DNA from: a virus
Lineage: Duplodnaviria > Caudoviricetes
IMG/VR virus record: IMGVR_UViG_3300044652_000025
Span: 1 to 64,000 of that record
Direction: 5' to 3' (one strand)
DNA length: 64,000 nt
Below are positions 34,010-43,047 of the stretch, piece by piece; positions within the stretch are counted from its first letter, which is position 1, and every line of letters starts with the position of its first letter. The position numbers and the translations under genes were made by a program. The notes beneath the pieces were generated by a model. It ran no database searches. It was not told the origin of the DNA and saw only the letters and a program-made list of their open reading frames with translations.

Positions 34010-34404
34010 CAGTGACCCCACCCGTAGGCGGTCTCGTACTTGGGGGCGCCGCTCCAGCGGTGGGCGTTGGCGTAGCTCGCCACCTTGAAGTAGCTGTCCT
34101 TGGCCGGGTCGAAGTCGGCCCGCCACGAGGAGGCCTTGATCGTCTTGGTCATGACCTCGCCGAACTCGCGGGTCTTGTCGGGGCGGACGTAGTCGGTGCC
34201 CGACCCCATCTCGTCGCGGATCTTGCCGATCATCACGACCTTGACCCGGGAGGCCGTCTTGGCGACGACCTTGTAGAAGTCGACGTTGGTCTGGTCGTAG
34301 CCCCAGGAGGAGACGAAGACGTCGCCGACCTTGGTCGCCTCGAAGGCGGCCTTGTCGTTGGCGGCCCTGGCGGCCTTCACCTCGTCCCTTGTCATGTAGG
34401 TCAT
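34009..34404 (-). CDS. Conserved phage protein (131 aa)
   Basis: KVGDVFVSSWGYDQTNVDFYKVV motif recalled from many phage/plasmid hypothetical proteins. Confidence 0.7.
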   Translation of the reverse strand: MTYMTRDEVKAARAANDKAAFEATKVGDVFVSSWGYDQTNVDFYKVVAKTASRVKVVMIGKIRDEMGSGTDYVRPDKTREFGEVMTKTIKASSWRADFDPAKDSYFKVASYANAHRWSGAPKYETAYGWGH

Positions 34405-34442
34405 GCATCCCTTTCCGGTGGGGGACTCTCCCGCACCCAGTG

Positions 34443-34471
34443 ATCTTATACCCTCTAGGGATTCCTGTCAA
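34443..34471 (-). promoter_or_regulatory. Early promoter repeat TTGACA-17-TAAGAT
   Basis: Identical 30-bp core. Confidence 0.85.
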
Positions 34472-34611
34472 ACCTGTGCTTGCCTGACCGCTTGTAGACC
34501 TTGCCCGAGGGGATCGTCCGCGAGCGCGTCGCCCGGTAGGCATCGATCAGGGCGCCGTCGGCCTTGAGGGCGGCGCGGCGCCCGGCGCGGATCGCCTTGA
34601 TGTCGGCCTTG

Positions 34612-34818
34612 CTAGGCATCGGCCGGGGCGAACATGGTCACGGCCTGGGCAGCCAGATCGAGGGCGGCCTCCAGGGTGTCGGCCTTGAAGAGGGGCCAGG
34701 GGTCACCAGTCACCGGGATAGCAGCCCAAGTGCCGTCCTCCAGGCGACCGATGTTCACGTTGGCGACCCGATAGGTGTCGGCGTCCAGCCGGGTGATGGT
34801 GATCGGCAGTAAGGCCAT
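34612..34818 (-). CDS. Hypothetical protein (68 aa)
   Basis: CCGACTACAGGAGG SD upstream. Confidence 0.6.
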   Translation of the reverse strand: MALLPITITRLDADTYRVANVNIGRLEDGTWAAIPVTGDPWPLFKADTLEAALDLAAQAVTMFAPADA

Positions 34819-34866
34819 GGATCCTCCTGTAGTCGGAGCGGATGCCGGGGCGATCTCCCGACACTG

Positions 34867-34895
34867 ATGTTATACCCTCTAGGGTTCCTTGTAAA
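34867..34895 (-). promoter_or_regulatory. Early promoter repeat TTTACA-17-TAACAT
   Basis: CCCTAGAGGGTA spacer. Confidence 0.8.
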
Positions 34896-34918
34896 CCTCA
34901 GTCCTCACTTGGCTCCGC

Positions 34919-35281
34919 TTACGCGTCGACCTCGACGTCGTCATGCCCGCACTTGGCGCAGGTCCGGTGGATCTCGGACCAGGCGTGCTGGACCTCGTCG
35001 TGGGGTTCGTGGGGACCGACGTCGAGCCCGCAGTCGGAGTAGTGGACGTCGTAGGTCTTGCCCCGGTACTCCTCGCCCAGGATGGCGATGAGCCCCTCGG
35101 AGTACTCCTCGGGGCTGGTGTGGTCGACCCCGTCGCAGTGGAGGACGTCCTCCTTGTTCTCGACCAGGGTCGGCTTGAGGGGCAGGAAGGCCCCGCAGTG
35201 GCCGCACTTGGGATGGGGCGGCGGCTCCCAGTCCAGGGAGCGGTCGGTGGTGAGCCAGGCATCGAAGCCTCGCAGCGACAT
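34919..35281 (-). CDS. Cys/His-rich protein (120 aa)
   Basis: GAGGAG SD; CGHC, CAKC. Confidence 0.6.
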   Translation of the reverse strand: MSLRGFDAWLTTDRSLDWEPPPHPKCGHCGAFLPLKPTLVENKEDVLHCDGVDHTSPEEYSEGLIAILGEEYRGKTYDVHYSDCGLDVGPHEPHDEVQHAWSEIHRTCAKCGHDDVEVDA

Positions 35282-35292
35282 CGAAAATCTCC

Positions 35293-35457
35293 TCAGTGAG
35301 TAAGCCAACCGGAGGTCCGGCGGTAGGGCTCGGGGTCACGTCCCATGCGGACGTCCATCTTGGAGGCCGCCCGGTACGCCTGGTAGTGGGGGTGGCGGAA
35401 CGCCTTCTTCTCCTTGCGGAACCAGGCGGGCGGGTCCGCCTTGTAGGTACGGGCCAT
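35293..35457 (-). CDS. 54-aa basic protein (not in ORF track)
   Basis: MARTYKADPPAWFRKEKKAF...; AAGGAGG SD. Confidence 0.55.
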   Translation of the reverse strand: MARTYKADPPAWFRKEKKAFRHPHYQAYRAASKMDVRMGRDPEPYRRTSGWLTH

Positions 35458-35460
35458 GCG

Positions 35461-35685
35461 TTACGCCTCCTTCTTTGCCAGCCAGCGACGGGCCTCTCCG
35501 AGGCTCCTAAAGTCGTGCCAGGCGATGACTGCGCCGTTGGGGTCGGTGACGCTCATCTCCCAGCCAGGAGCGGCGGCGTAGCCGTCGAAGTCATCATCCC
35601 GACTGAGGTGGTAGAGGGTGCCGTCCGTCGCCGTGAAGGTGTAGGCACCGTGCCCGGCCCGCTTCAGCTTGATCACTTGGCCCAC
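35461..35685 (-). CDS. Hypothetical protein (~70 aa)
   Basis: ORF in early cassette. Confidence 0.55.
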   Translation of the reverse strand: MGQVIKLKRAGHGAYTFTATDGTLYHLSRDDDFDGYAAAPGWEMSVTDPNGAVIAWHDFRSLGEARRWLAKKEA

Positions 35686-35830
35686 CGCCGCTTGCGACCG
35701 GTGCAGCGGGCCGGGGCGCCGTGGGCGTCCTTGCAGTGGGAGTGGTAGCGGCGCTTGGCCGGGCGGCCGGAGCGGGTCATCGACTCGAACACCGGACTCC
35801 TTCCTGAGGAGGCCCTTCCTCCCTCCACCT

Positions 35831-35859
35831 TATTCATACCCTCACAAGAATTCTTGAAA
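35831..35859 (-). promoter_or_regulatory. Early promoter repeat (TTTCAA variant)
   Basis: GGTTTCAAGAATTCTTGTGAGGGTATGAAT. Confidence 0.65.
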
Positions 35860-35860
35860 C

Positions 35861-36106
35861 CTACTCGGCACCTGCTCCCAGCAGCATGCGGCGGATGGAG
35901 GCGGCGGCCTCTTCGGCCGTGAAGGCGTAGGTGGTCAGGGCGTGGGCCAGGATGCCGTCCTCGGCCGCCTCGGCCTTCCAGGGGGCGTAGAAGCCCCGGC
36001 CATCCGGCGGGGTGTCGTTGTGCTTGAAGACCCGGATCTTGTAGTTGGCCTCCGGGTACTCCTCGCCGTCGTACTCACCGGCCGGGATCGTGACCTCGAA
36101 CTCCAT
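35861..36106 (-). CDS. Hypothetical protein (81 aa)
   Basis: CCGACTACAGGAG SD. Confidence 0.6.
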   Translation of the reverse strand: MEFEVTIPAGEYDGEEYPEANYKIRVFKHNDTPPDGRGFYAPWKAEAAEDGILAHALTTYAFTAEEAAASIRRMLLGAGAE

Positions 36107-36299
36107 GCGCTCTCCTGTAGTCGGAGTTTGGATGGGCGGCGCCGCTCAGTCGACAGCCGCCCGTCCCCTAGTCAGCCTTTCCGGTCGCTTCCCCCCAGAG
36201 CGTCACCGAGGTGACGAGTACGGGCTGGCAGTTAGTCCGGCGTGACCGTGCAGAGCGGGGAGCCGGGAGGAGGAGTTTCCTGCTCCCCCCGACACTCAT

Positions 36300-36328
36300 A
36301 GATTACCCGCTACAAGAATTCTAACGCA
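36300..36328 (-). promoter_or_regulatory. Early promoter variant (-10 TAATCT)
   Basis: AGAATTCTTGTAGCGGG-TAATCT. Confidence 0.55.
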
Positions 36329-36417
36329 CCGATTACTCGGTCATATCGGGGCAGATCTACTGCCTCATCGAAAAATGATGGGTGGCCGAGACGAGGCCCG
36401 GCCACCCTGGTGCGACC

Positions 36418-36543
36418 TCAGCCCTGCGGCTGCGGCTGCGGCTGGTTGGGGTCCGGCTGGTTCGGCTGAGGCTGGTTCGGGTCCGGCTGCTGGGGCTGGT
36501 TCGGGTCAGGCTGGTTCGGCTGGTTCGGCTGCTGGGTGGCCAT
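36418..36543 (-). CDS. 41-aa Gln/Pro/Asn repeat microprotein
   Basis: MATQQPNQPNQPDPNQPQQPDPNQPQPNQPDPNQPQPQPQG with AGGAGG SD. Confidence 0.6.
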   Translation of the reverse strand: MATQQPNQPNQPDPNQPQQPDPNQPQPNQPDPNQPQPQPQG

Positions 36544-36616
36544 ATATGCCTCCTGATCGGGGTTTCGCTCCAGGATTCCCCAGCTGACGCCAGTCATCAC
36601 TCCAAGTGATCGCCCG

Positions 36617-36742
36617 TCAATAGCAGTGGCAGTGCGAGGTGATGCTCTCGCTCCGGCACCACATGCAGTTTCCCCGGCCCGCCGGGTAGTAGTACCGCTT
36701 GCAGAACCCACACCAGACCTGTCCGTCCTTCTTCTTGGCCAT
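36617..36742 (-). CDS. 41-aa Cys-rich microprotein (not in ORF track)
   Basis: MAKKKDGQVWCGFCKRYYYPAGRGNCMWCRSESITSHCHCY, 3 nt after the thyX stop. Confidence 0.55.
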   Translation of the reverse strand: MAKKKDGQVWCGFCKRYYYPAGRGNCMWCRSESITSHCHCY

Positions 36743-36745
36743 GGC

Positions 36746-37552
36746 TCACACCTTCTTATAGTCGGGAGACCAAACCCCGTCTTCACTGCGCTTGAAATCG
36801 ACCATGAGGGCTGGGGCTTCCTCGGTCATGATGTGGGCCACCTTGTCGAAGACGAGGCGGATCTCCTCCTCGGCCCCGGCGTCGGTGCGCTGCTGGATGA
36901 TCCAGCGGATGGCCCGGATGTTAAAGGTAGCCAGGATCGAGGTTGCGACACCGTCGGGGGCGAAGCGCCGCATGAAGCTGGTCTTGGCCTTCTTCTCGTG
37001 GAAGGGTACCCCAGGCTCGTCGAGGCCGAAGTGCCCGGCCATCCACTGCTGGTGGTCCTCCATCAGCCGCAGGAGGTGTTCGGAGCGGCTCACCAGCTGC
37101 TCATCCTCCAGCGCCCAGTCCGGGAACCAGAAGGGGATGTCGGTAAGGCGCACGAATCTCATTGACTCTTGCGAATACGCGCAGCCCGCTCTATGACGAA
37201 TCAACTCATGCGTTAGAACTCTGGACACATCCTGGAACACGAAGCTGTAGTTGGCGTGCTCCACCACACTGCCGTGGAGGGACCGCAGGATGTTCTCCAG
37301 GTAGTCGTCGTGGTCCTCCCGGACCTTGGTGACGTTGGGGTTGAGGCCGGGCTCCCAGGAGCGGTAGCAGAGCCGTCCCCCAAACTCGGTGAGGTACTCC
37401 CCCGCCCGCCCGTCGATGTCGTGGTCGTCGCCATAGGCCCGGAGCCGGTCCATCCAGGCGTTGCCCCGGATGTCGGTCAGGTACTGGTCCACCGCCACCC
37501 AGTCGATCTGGGGCTTGGCGATGAGCCGGACCTTGGGGTGGACGCGCTTCAT
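36746..37552 (-). CDS. thyX: Flavin-dependent thymidylate synthase
   Basis: GRLCYRSW, HGSVVEH, SRVLTHELIRHRAGCAYSQESMRF (RHR..x..S motif), AEEEIR; start re-assigned to MKRVHPK. Confidence 0.95.
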   Translation of the reverse strand: MKRVHPKVRLIAKPQIDWVAVDQYLTDIRGNAWMDRLRAYGDDHDIDGRAGEYLTEFGGRLCYRSWEPGLNPNVTKVREDHDDYLENILRSLHGSVVEHANYSFVFQDVSRVLTHELIRHRAGCAYSQESMRFVRLTDIPFWFPDWALEDEQLVSRSEHLLRLMEDHQQWMAGHFGLDEPGVPFHEKKAKTSFMRRFAPDGVATSILATFNIRAIRWIIQQRTDAGAEEEIRLVFDKVAHIMTEEAPALMVDFKRSEDGVWSPDYKKV

Positions 37553-37815
37553 TCGATCGGCTCCAAGTAGTCGCAACGGTCGAGGCTGCGGCGGGCGCCG
37601 CGCCGGGTGATCCCGAACCCGCAGCGGGTCATCTGGGGGCCGAGACTGGTGATCTTCCACTCGGTGACGTCCCACCGGAAGAGCGGCGCGATCGGGCTCT
37701 GGCCGCGGCGCTCGATGATGAACGACGACCCGGCCGGACGCTTCAGGGCCTGGCGGTACGCCTCGTCATAGGGCGGCTGGACCAGATCGCCCCGGATCCT
37801 GACGACCGCTGTCAC
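37549..37815 (-). CDS. Hypothetical protein (88 aa)
   Basis: Coupled ORF. Confidence 0.5.
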   Translation of the reverse strand: MTAVVRIRGDLVQPPYDEAYRQALKRPAGSSFIIERRGQSPIAPLFRWDVTEWKITSLGPQMTRCGFGITRRGARRSLDRCDYLEPIE

Positions 37816-38084
37816 TCCACCGCCTCGTAGGTGGCCTCGAAGACATCAGGCTTGCAGGGATACACCTCATCGGCCACTCCCCGGATGATCCAGTCGCCGA
37901 CCTCGGCGTGCATGGTCCCCTCCAGCGTGCGGATGTAGAGGTCGCCCGGGACCTGCCCGAATGACTGGCTGTCGGCGATGTAGCCGCCCCGGGTGCCGTC
38001 GAAGAGTCGCCAGACCTCCTGGCGGTTCTCGCCGGTCCACTGCACGGCCTCGATGACGACCGGCTTCTTGCGGTAGCGGCTCAT
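37812..38084 (-). CDS. Conserved phage protein of the RKKPVVIEA...YPCKPDVF type (90 aa)
   Basis: Recognisable widespread phage family motif. Confidence 0.8.
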   Translation of the reverse strand: MSRYRKKPVVIEAVQWTGENRQEVWRLFDGTRGGYIADSQSFGQVPGDLYIRTLEGTMHAEVGDWIIRGVADEVYPCKPDVFEATYEAVE

Positions 38085-38254
38085 GATCCATCACCGTCAG
38101 GGTGTGCGGCCTCTGGTCCTTGCCACATGCCGCAGGAGCCGCAGCGGTAGCCGTTCAGGGTCGAGCGTTCCCACTTGTCCGTCGCGCCGCATCTCGGGCA
38201 GGTGATGACCGGTTGCTTGGCCTCGGGGATGTACCAGTCAGCCTTCTCGGCCAT
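38081..38254 (-). CDS. 57-aa Zn-ribbon protein (not in ORF track)
   Basis: CPRCG...CGSCG; ATGA overlap. Confidence 0.55.
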   Translation of the reverse strand: MAEKADWYIPEAKQPVITCPRCGATDKWERSTLNGYRCGSCGMWQGPEAAHPDGDGS

Positions 38255-38777
38255 GCTCTCTCCCGTCGGTTAGTGCGGGGTCGAAGACGACGTAGTTCCC
38301 ATCCGCCAAGCGGTCCACGACCCTGAACGGGTGGCGAATCTGCACGTCACCACGGCGTTCGATCCAGCCCGCCTCGTACTGGAGCGGCGTGAGGATGAGG
38401 TAGCGGGGTCGCACGTACTCGGCGTCCTGGCGCTCAGTCGGACTCATCCCAGCCCTCCTTGAACAGCTCTCGGGCTTCCTCGCCGCAGAGTCGGCAGACC
38501 GCACCCTCGGCCAGCGACGGGAGCCCCTGCTCGGCGCAGTTCGGGCACACAAACTCGGCGGGGAGTCGCTCAGAATCCACGGTCGATCTCCCTGGTCCCG
38601 GCCAAGCGCCGCACCACGGCGATGGCCTCCTCCCACGCCTGCTTCGGGGTGATCGGGAGGGCACCGACAGGCAGGCCGACAGCCTCCCGAAGCTGGGTGA
38701 TGAAGAAGAACTTGTCGGGCTCGTCGGTGTGACCGGGGGAGCGACCGGCGGCGACATCATCGGCGGTCGGTCGCTGC

Positions 38778-39017
38778 TCACTCACCAGGGAGCTTCCCAT
38801 CGCGCTCGATCAACACCTGGGCCAGGTACTGGACGGCATCGATCAGTTCCTCGAAGAGGTCCCGCATAGCGTCGCGGCCGTTGTAGGCCTGAAGCGGGGT
38901 GCCGTAGCGCTCGATACCGACCTGCTTGCGACGCTCGATGTAGGCGATGACCTGATCCTGCACCGGCTCGGAGTCGTTCGCCGTCGGGAGGGCCTGGTCG
39001 CCCGGCCGGATCTTCAA
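38778..39017 (-). CDS. MazG-like/all-alpha NTP pyrophosphatase-like protein (79 aa)
   Basis: GIERYGTPL...RDAMRDLFEELIDAVQY acidic helix motif. Confidence 0.5.
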   Translation of the reverse strand: MKIRPGDQALPTANDSEPVQDQVIAYIERRKQVGIERYGTPLQAYNGRDAMRDLFEELIDAVQYLAQVLIERDGKLPGE

Positions 39018-39340
39018 GTGCGCCTCCTCTTCAGGGCCTTTACCATGACATCCTCGGAGGCGAAAACGCTCTTCTTCGCCCGGCGCACCGCCTCGTCCTT
39101 GAAGTCACCGCGCTTGGTGCCGGGCATGGCGTAGTCCTCGGGCTGGGTGTAGGCGTGCTTGGTCTGCCAGCCCAGGAGAGTGTCGTCACGCTGCATCCGG
39201 CACCGGACACAGCGGACCCTACGCTTCATCACCTGGCCGTGGCTGTCCCGGCCGTAGAAGTAGCCCAGCGTCCTCCAGGCATGGCCGAGATCGCGGCACT
39301 CCAGGTACCGGTCGTCGTAGTCCTCCATGGGGACGGTCAT
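39014..39340 (-). CDS. Conserved actinophage Cys/His protein (108 aa)
   Basis: YLECRDLGHAW...CVRC...Y.QPEDY. Confidence 0.65.
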   Translation of the reverse strand: MTVPMEDYDDRYLECRDLGHAWRTLGYFYGRDSHGQVMKRRVRCVRCRMQRDDTLLGWQTKHAYTQPEDYAMPGTKRGDFKDEAVRRAKKSVFASEDVMVKALKRRRT

Positions 39341-39753
39341 GAGGGGAACTCGATCAGCTTCTCGTCTTCGGCCGGGTTGGCGGCCTGCCAGTCGATGAAG
39401 TCGAGGAAGAGCTTGAACTCGGCCTGGAGGTCGGAGCGGACCCGACCGCGCCGGGCCAGATGCTGCTTGAGGGCCGCGCCCCCGAGGTCTTGCTCCTTGG
39501 CCAGTTCGCCCTCGACGATGGCCAGTGCCCAGCTGATGGCCTTGGCCTCGGACTTCCAGTAGCCGTAGCCGGTGGCGTCGGGATCGGCCTTCATCCGGCC
39601 TTCGAGGTAGGCCAAACGGTCCCGCAGGGCCTCGAAGTGCTTGTTGAACGGGACGTACTCCGGCGACGGATGCCGGAGGTGCTCATGCTCGCCTTTCGGC
39701 TTCTCAGGTATCGCAGTCATTTTTCGATCTTCCTTCTCCGCTGGAGCGTTCAT
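39337..39753 (-). CDS. Hypothetical protein (~138 aa)
   Basis: ATGA-coupled. Confidence 0.6.
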   Translation of the reverse strand: MNAPAEKEDRKMTAIPEKPKGEHEHLRHPSPEYVPFNKHFEALRDRLAYLEGRMKADPDATGYGYWKSEAKAISWALAIVEGELAKEQDLGGAALKQHLARRGRVRSDLQAEFKLFLDFIDWQAANPAEDEKLIEFPS

Positions 39754-40832
39754 CGGCCCAGCACGATCACGGTGTCCTTCTCGTCGGGATTGCCGCCACC
39801 CTTGACGAAGGCATCGATCCACTTCGGCTTGTGGCGGCCCTCGGAGGGATACCACTGGTTCCGGAGGTGACCCCGGACCCAGAAGCTGTGGCTGTAGCCG
39901 CGGCCCTCTCCGTCGCCTCTGGGGCGGTCCCAGGTGTCGTGGTCGTACTCCCGGCGGAGCATGACGACCTTGATGTCGTTGGCCGGGCCGTTGGCCCGCA
40001 TAGCCCGCTTGCGGACGACGCGGTCGAGCCCCATGGACGGGGTGATGACGATCTTCTGGTTGCAGAGGGTCCAGAAGGTGGCGACGATCCGCAGAAAGGA
40101 CTCCGAGCCCAGAAGGTGGGGGTCATCGGGGTCGGGGATCCGCTGATTGAGCATCCAGGTCTGGACGTGGAAGAGGGACAGCTTGTCGGGACTGGCCGAC
40201 TTGGCCTCCAGGACCGACGCGTCGTCCTCGCCCCAGCCCTCGTCGTTGGGGTCCCACTTGTCGGAGTAGACGAAGAACCGGACGGCCTTGGCCAGGGATG
40301 AGCCGTCCTCCCGGACGACGACCGGCGTCTGGATGACCGCGGCGTCCTCCTCTACGGCCCCCTCCCGCGGCTCGTAGTCCAGGGCGTAGGCCTGCTCGGC
40401 CTCAGCCTGGGAAATGGGCGCCGGTCGGGTGCCCTGCGCCGCCATGATCATCACCTCGGTCTCCCACGAGAACGCGGTGATGTTGCAGCGCTTGCCGTGC
40501 CGGTCGACGATGTAGATGGGGTGGGCCAGGAGGCAGAAGCCCCGGCGCGACGGGATGTCGCTGGCCCGGAGTTCGTAGCTCGGGAGCCGCTGACGTTGCT
40601 CGTCGATCATGTCGACCATGGTCGGGGTGACCCAGTAGGTGTCGGCCCGGTCGAGGTTGTAGGCCTCCCGGGCGGCGAACTGCTCCTTGGTACCCAGATC
40701 GAGCGACGGGCCGCCGTCGTCCTCACCCCTGAGCATGTCGACCCAGTAGGAGGCCAGCGCCGGGCCGTAGCGGCCCTTCCACAGGCGGATGAGATCCAGC
40801 TGGGCGTCGAGAGCCTTCATGTAGGAGCGCAT
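39750..40832 (-). CDS. Conserved phage protein (360 aa) with C-terminal H.FWVRGH.R.QW...WI..FVKG motif
   Basis: Motif recognition; start re-assigned to MRSYMKAL. Confidence 0.7.
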   Translation of the reverse strand: MRSYMKALDAQLDLIRLWKGRYGPALASYWVDMLRGEDDGGPSLDLGTKEQFAAREAYNLDRADTYWVTPTMVDMIDEQRQRLPSYELRASDIPSRRGFCLLAHPIYIVDRHGKRCNITAFSWETEVMIMAAQGTRPAPISQAEAEQAYALDYEPREGAVEEDAAVIQTPVVVREDGSSLAKAVRFFVYSDKWDPNDEGWGEDDASVLEAKSASPDKLSLFHVQTWMLNQRIPDPDDPHLLGSESFLRIVATFWTLCNQKIVITPSMGLDRVVRKRAMRANGPANDIKVVMLRREYDHDTWDRPRGDGEGRGYSHSFWVRGHLRNQWYPSEGRHKPKWIDAFVKGGGNPDEKDTVIVLGR

Positions 40833-41023
40833 CAGACCTCGCCCCGCCCGACGTGGTACTCCAGGTGCCGGAAGAGCCGCTCCTCCATCTTGTCGAGCTT
40901 GGCCTCCAGCTTCGTCTCGACGCGGTCGATCTTGGAGTCGAGCCGCAGGATCAGCGCGGCCAGGAAGCCGATGGCGGGGACCATGATCACCGCCACGGCT
41001 CCGACCTCGTGCCAGAAGTCCAT
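40832..41023 (-). CDS. Small membrane coiled-coil protein (63 aa)
   Basis: TM helix followed by heptads. Confidence 0.6.
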   Translation of the reverse strand: MDFWHEVGAVAVIMVPAIGFLAALILRLDSKIDRVETKLEAKLDKMEERLFRHLEYHVGRGEV

Positions 41024-41352
41024 CAGCCCTGGGCCTCGTAGGCCATGAGGGCAGCGGCCATGCGGCGGGTGGCGGCCGGGGTGCTGTCACGCACGCCGCT
41101 CCAGTCGTAGCCCTGCGGCGGGATGGTGCCCGGCTCCCCGTAGCCGTCGGCCAGCGCGTAGATCAGCGCACGCTTGGCCTTGTCACCGGAGAAGTAGGCG
41201 TCGTAGAGCGCCTTCATGAGCGGCCGCGTCTCGCAGTAGCCGCAGCCTGCCACATCACCGTCGGCCGGGTCGTGGTTGAGGTGTGCCAGCAACTCGTCGC
41301 GGTCGAAGTCACTCGACGGCGGGGCGATGGTGATCTCCAGGGGTTCATTCAT
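41023..41352 (-). CDS. Hypothetical protein (109 aa)
   Basis: GAGGAG SD; first gene after promoter 41392. Confidence 0.6.
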   Translation of the reverse strand: MNEPLEITIAPPSSDFDRDELLAHLNHDPADGDVAGCGYCETRPLMKALYDAYFSGDKAKRALIYALADGYGEPGTIPPQGYDWSGVRDSTPAATRRMAAALMAYEAQG

Positions 41353-41391
41353 CGAAGCGGCTCCTCTGGCGGTAGGAGGGGTTCGGACACT

Positions 41392-41421
41392 AGATTACTA
41401 CCCTCTAGGAAAGCTTGTCAA
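41392..41421 (-). promoter_or_regulatory. Early promoter repeat TTGACA-18-TAATCT
   Basis: CCTAGAGGGTA spacer. Confidence 0.75.
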
Positions 41422-41565
41422 ACCGTTCGGTTTCGATACGGTCCGCTATGCGACGGATCTCGTCGGCGTCGTCCTGTCGGCCCTCTTGTTCGAGAACCGT
41501 GGCCGCTGCCCGCAGGTGGGACAGCGCATAGCTGATCTTCACCTGCGGCGGCTTCGGGGTCGCCG

Positions 41566-42024
41566 TCACAGGACGACGGCCTCCTCAGGGCAGCCGCCAT
41601 CCTTGCGGAGGTACACCGGCCGCACGTTGACGGCGGTGTTGCCTCGGTAGTCGACGTAAGCCGGAGCCATCTCCGGAGCCTCGTGGAGGCCCATCTTGGC
41701 CAGCTTCGAGCGCGGACCTTTCTTGAAGGCCCCGACGAACGTCCCGGTGAACTTGCCGTTGGCATCCATCAGCGCCCAGCTGGTGCCGTAGGCGGTGTCG
41801 ATCAGCTTGGCCTTGACGCGGGTCCCGTCGGCAGTGAAGAGCCCGGGGAAGGTCGAGACCCCACCGGCGTCGAGCAGGTCGGCCTTCATGCGCTTCTCGG
41901 CGGCGGTCAGGCCGCTGGCCCACTGCGAGAGGAAGCCGTCGGTGTCACAGCGCTCAAAGGACTCGTAGGCGGCCGCGGCGTGGGCGGCGGCCTCGGCCCG
42001 GAGTTCAGTGGCGGTGGCGGTCAT
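41566..42024 (-). CDS. Conserved phage protein (152 aa)
   Basis: ESFERCDTDGFLSQWA motif; AAAGGAG SD. Confidence 0.7.
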   Translation of the reverse strand: MTATATELRAEAAAHAAAAYESFERCDTDGFLSQWASGLTAAEKRMKADLLDAGGVSTFPGLFTADGTRVKAKLIDTAYGTSWALMDANGKFTGTFVGAFKKGPRSKLAKMGLHEAPEMAPAYVDYRGNTAVNVRPVYLRKDGGCPEEAVVL

Positions 42025-42063
42025 CGGACTCCTTTCCCGGAGGGGGACTCTCCCGCTCCACAT

Positions 42064-42092
42064 CGTTTATACCCGATCAAAAATCCTTGAAA
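42064..42092 (-). promoter_or_regulatory. Early promoter repeat (TTTCAA variant)
   Basis: GGTTTCAAGGATTTTTGATCGGGTATAAAC. Confidence 0.65.
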
Positions 42093-42271
42093 CCTAATCC
42101 CAGACGCCGTAGGTGGCGTAATAGGCCGTAGTGCATCCTCCGGTCGGTGATGTGATCGGTCATCCGCTCGATCAGCTTGTCGATTCGGGACATGGTCTGA
42201 AGGTGCAGCCCGACGATCGTCAGCAGGATCGTGAAGGCTGAGATGATGGTGGTGACGACGGCGGCGGTCAT
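42077..42271 (-). CDS. Small membrane protein (64 aa)
   Basis: Hydrophobic N-terminus; its 3' end reads through the duplicated 27-mer. Confidence 0.5.
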   Translation of the reverse strand: MTAAVVTTIISAFTILLTIVGLHLQTMSRIDKLIERMTDHITDRRMHYGLLRHLRRLGLGFKDF

Positions 42272-42612
42272 CAGTTGCCTCCCAGCACGCGGTTGTCGCT
42301 GTCTTCGCAGGCCCGCTCGTAGCTGTCCACGAACCCTGACGGGGCACCGCCGGGAACGTTGCTGAAGTGCGCCTGGGCGGCCTCGGCGCAGTGGCTGTCG
42401 GGCAATGACGGGCTGGGGTCGAGCCCAGTGGCATGGGCGATGAAGCACACACCGAAGAAAGCGAAGATCGAGAAGACGACGATGGCGCCCTTACGGGCCG
42501 TCCTGCTGTCGGTCGGAGGTCCGTAGTGTCCACCGAGGCAGAGACGCCGGAACCCGAAGGCGGCCCCGGTACCGAGGAGCAAGGTGAGGATTCCAGCGAC
42601 CATCAGTCCCAC
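42271..42612 (-). CDS. Two-TM membrane protein (113 aa)
   Basis: Two hydrophobic segments, C-terminal Cys pair. Confidence 0.6.
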   Translation of the reverse strand: MGLMVAGILTLLLGTGAAFGFRRLCLGGHYGPPTDSRTARKGAIVVFSIFAFFGVCFIAHATGLDPSPSLPDSHCAEAAQAHFSNVPGGAPSGFVDSYERACEDSDNRVLGGN

Positions 42613-42636
42613 ACCTCCACAGTGTAAGGTCGTTTC

Positions 42637-43047
42637 ATGTTCGAGTTCCGCTTCTGGTCGAAAGTGCTGATCGGGGACGGGTGCTGGATTTGGACGGCCT
42701 CGCTCGACGGCAAGGGGTACGGGCAGTATTGGCGAGGCGACAGGAAAGTCATCGCCTCACGCCACGCCTACGAGATTTGGTGCGGGCCGTTGTCCTCCGG
42801 CGTACAGGTACTCCACCGATGTGACACGCCAGCTTGTGTGCGCCCGGACCACCTCTTCGAGGGCAGCCAGCGCGACAACGCGCAGGACTGCGTTGAGAAA
42901 GGACGGCACTACCTCACCCAGCGGACTCATTGCCCGGACGGCCATGAGTACGACGAGGAGAATACCTACTGGTACGGCACCAGACGGCGATGCCGGAAGT
43001 GTCTGGCGAAACACCAGCGAGCGAGCTACCGACGACGCCATAGCTAA
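42637..43047 (+). CDS. HNH endonuclease
   Basis: FWSKV...CWIWT....GKGYG...HAYE...VLHRCDTPACVRPDHL...N..D...THCPDGHEY...CRKC. Confidence 0.9.
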   Translation: MFEFRFWSKVLIGDGCWIWTASLDGKGYGQYWRGDRKVIASRHAYEIWCGPLSSGVQVLHRCDTPACVRPDHLFEGSQRDNAQDCVEKGRHYLTQRTHCPDGHEYDEENTYWYGTRRRCRKCLAKHQRASYRRRHS

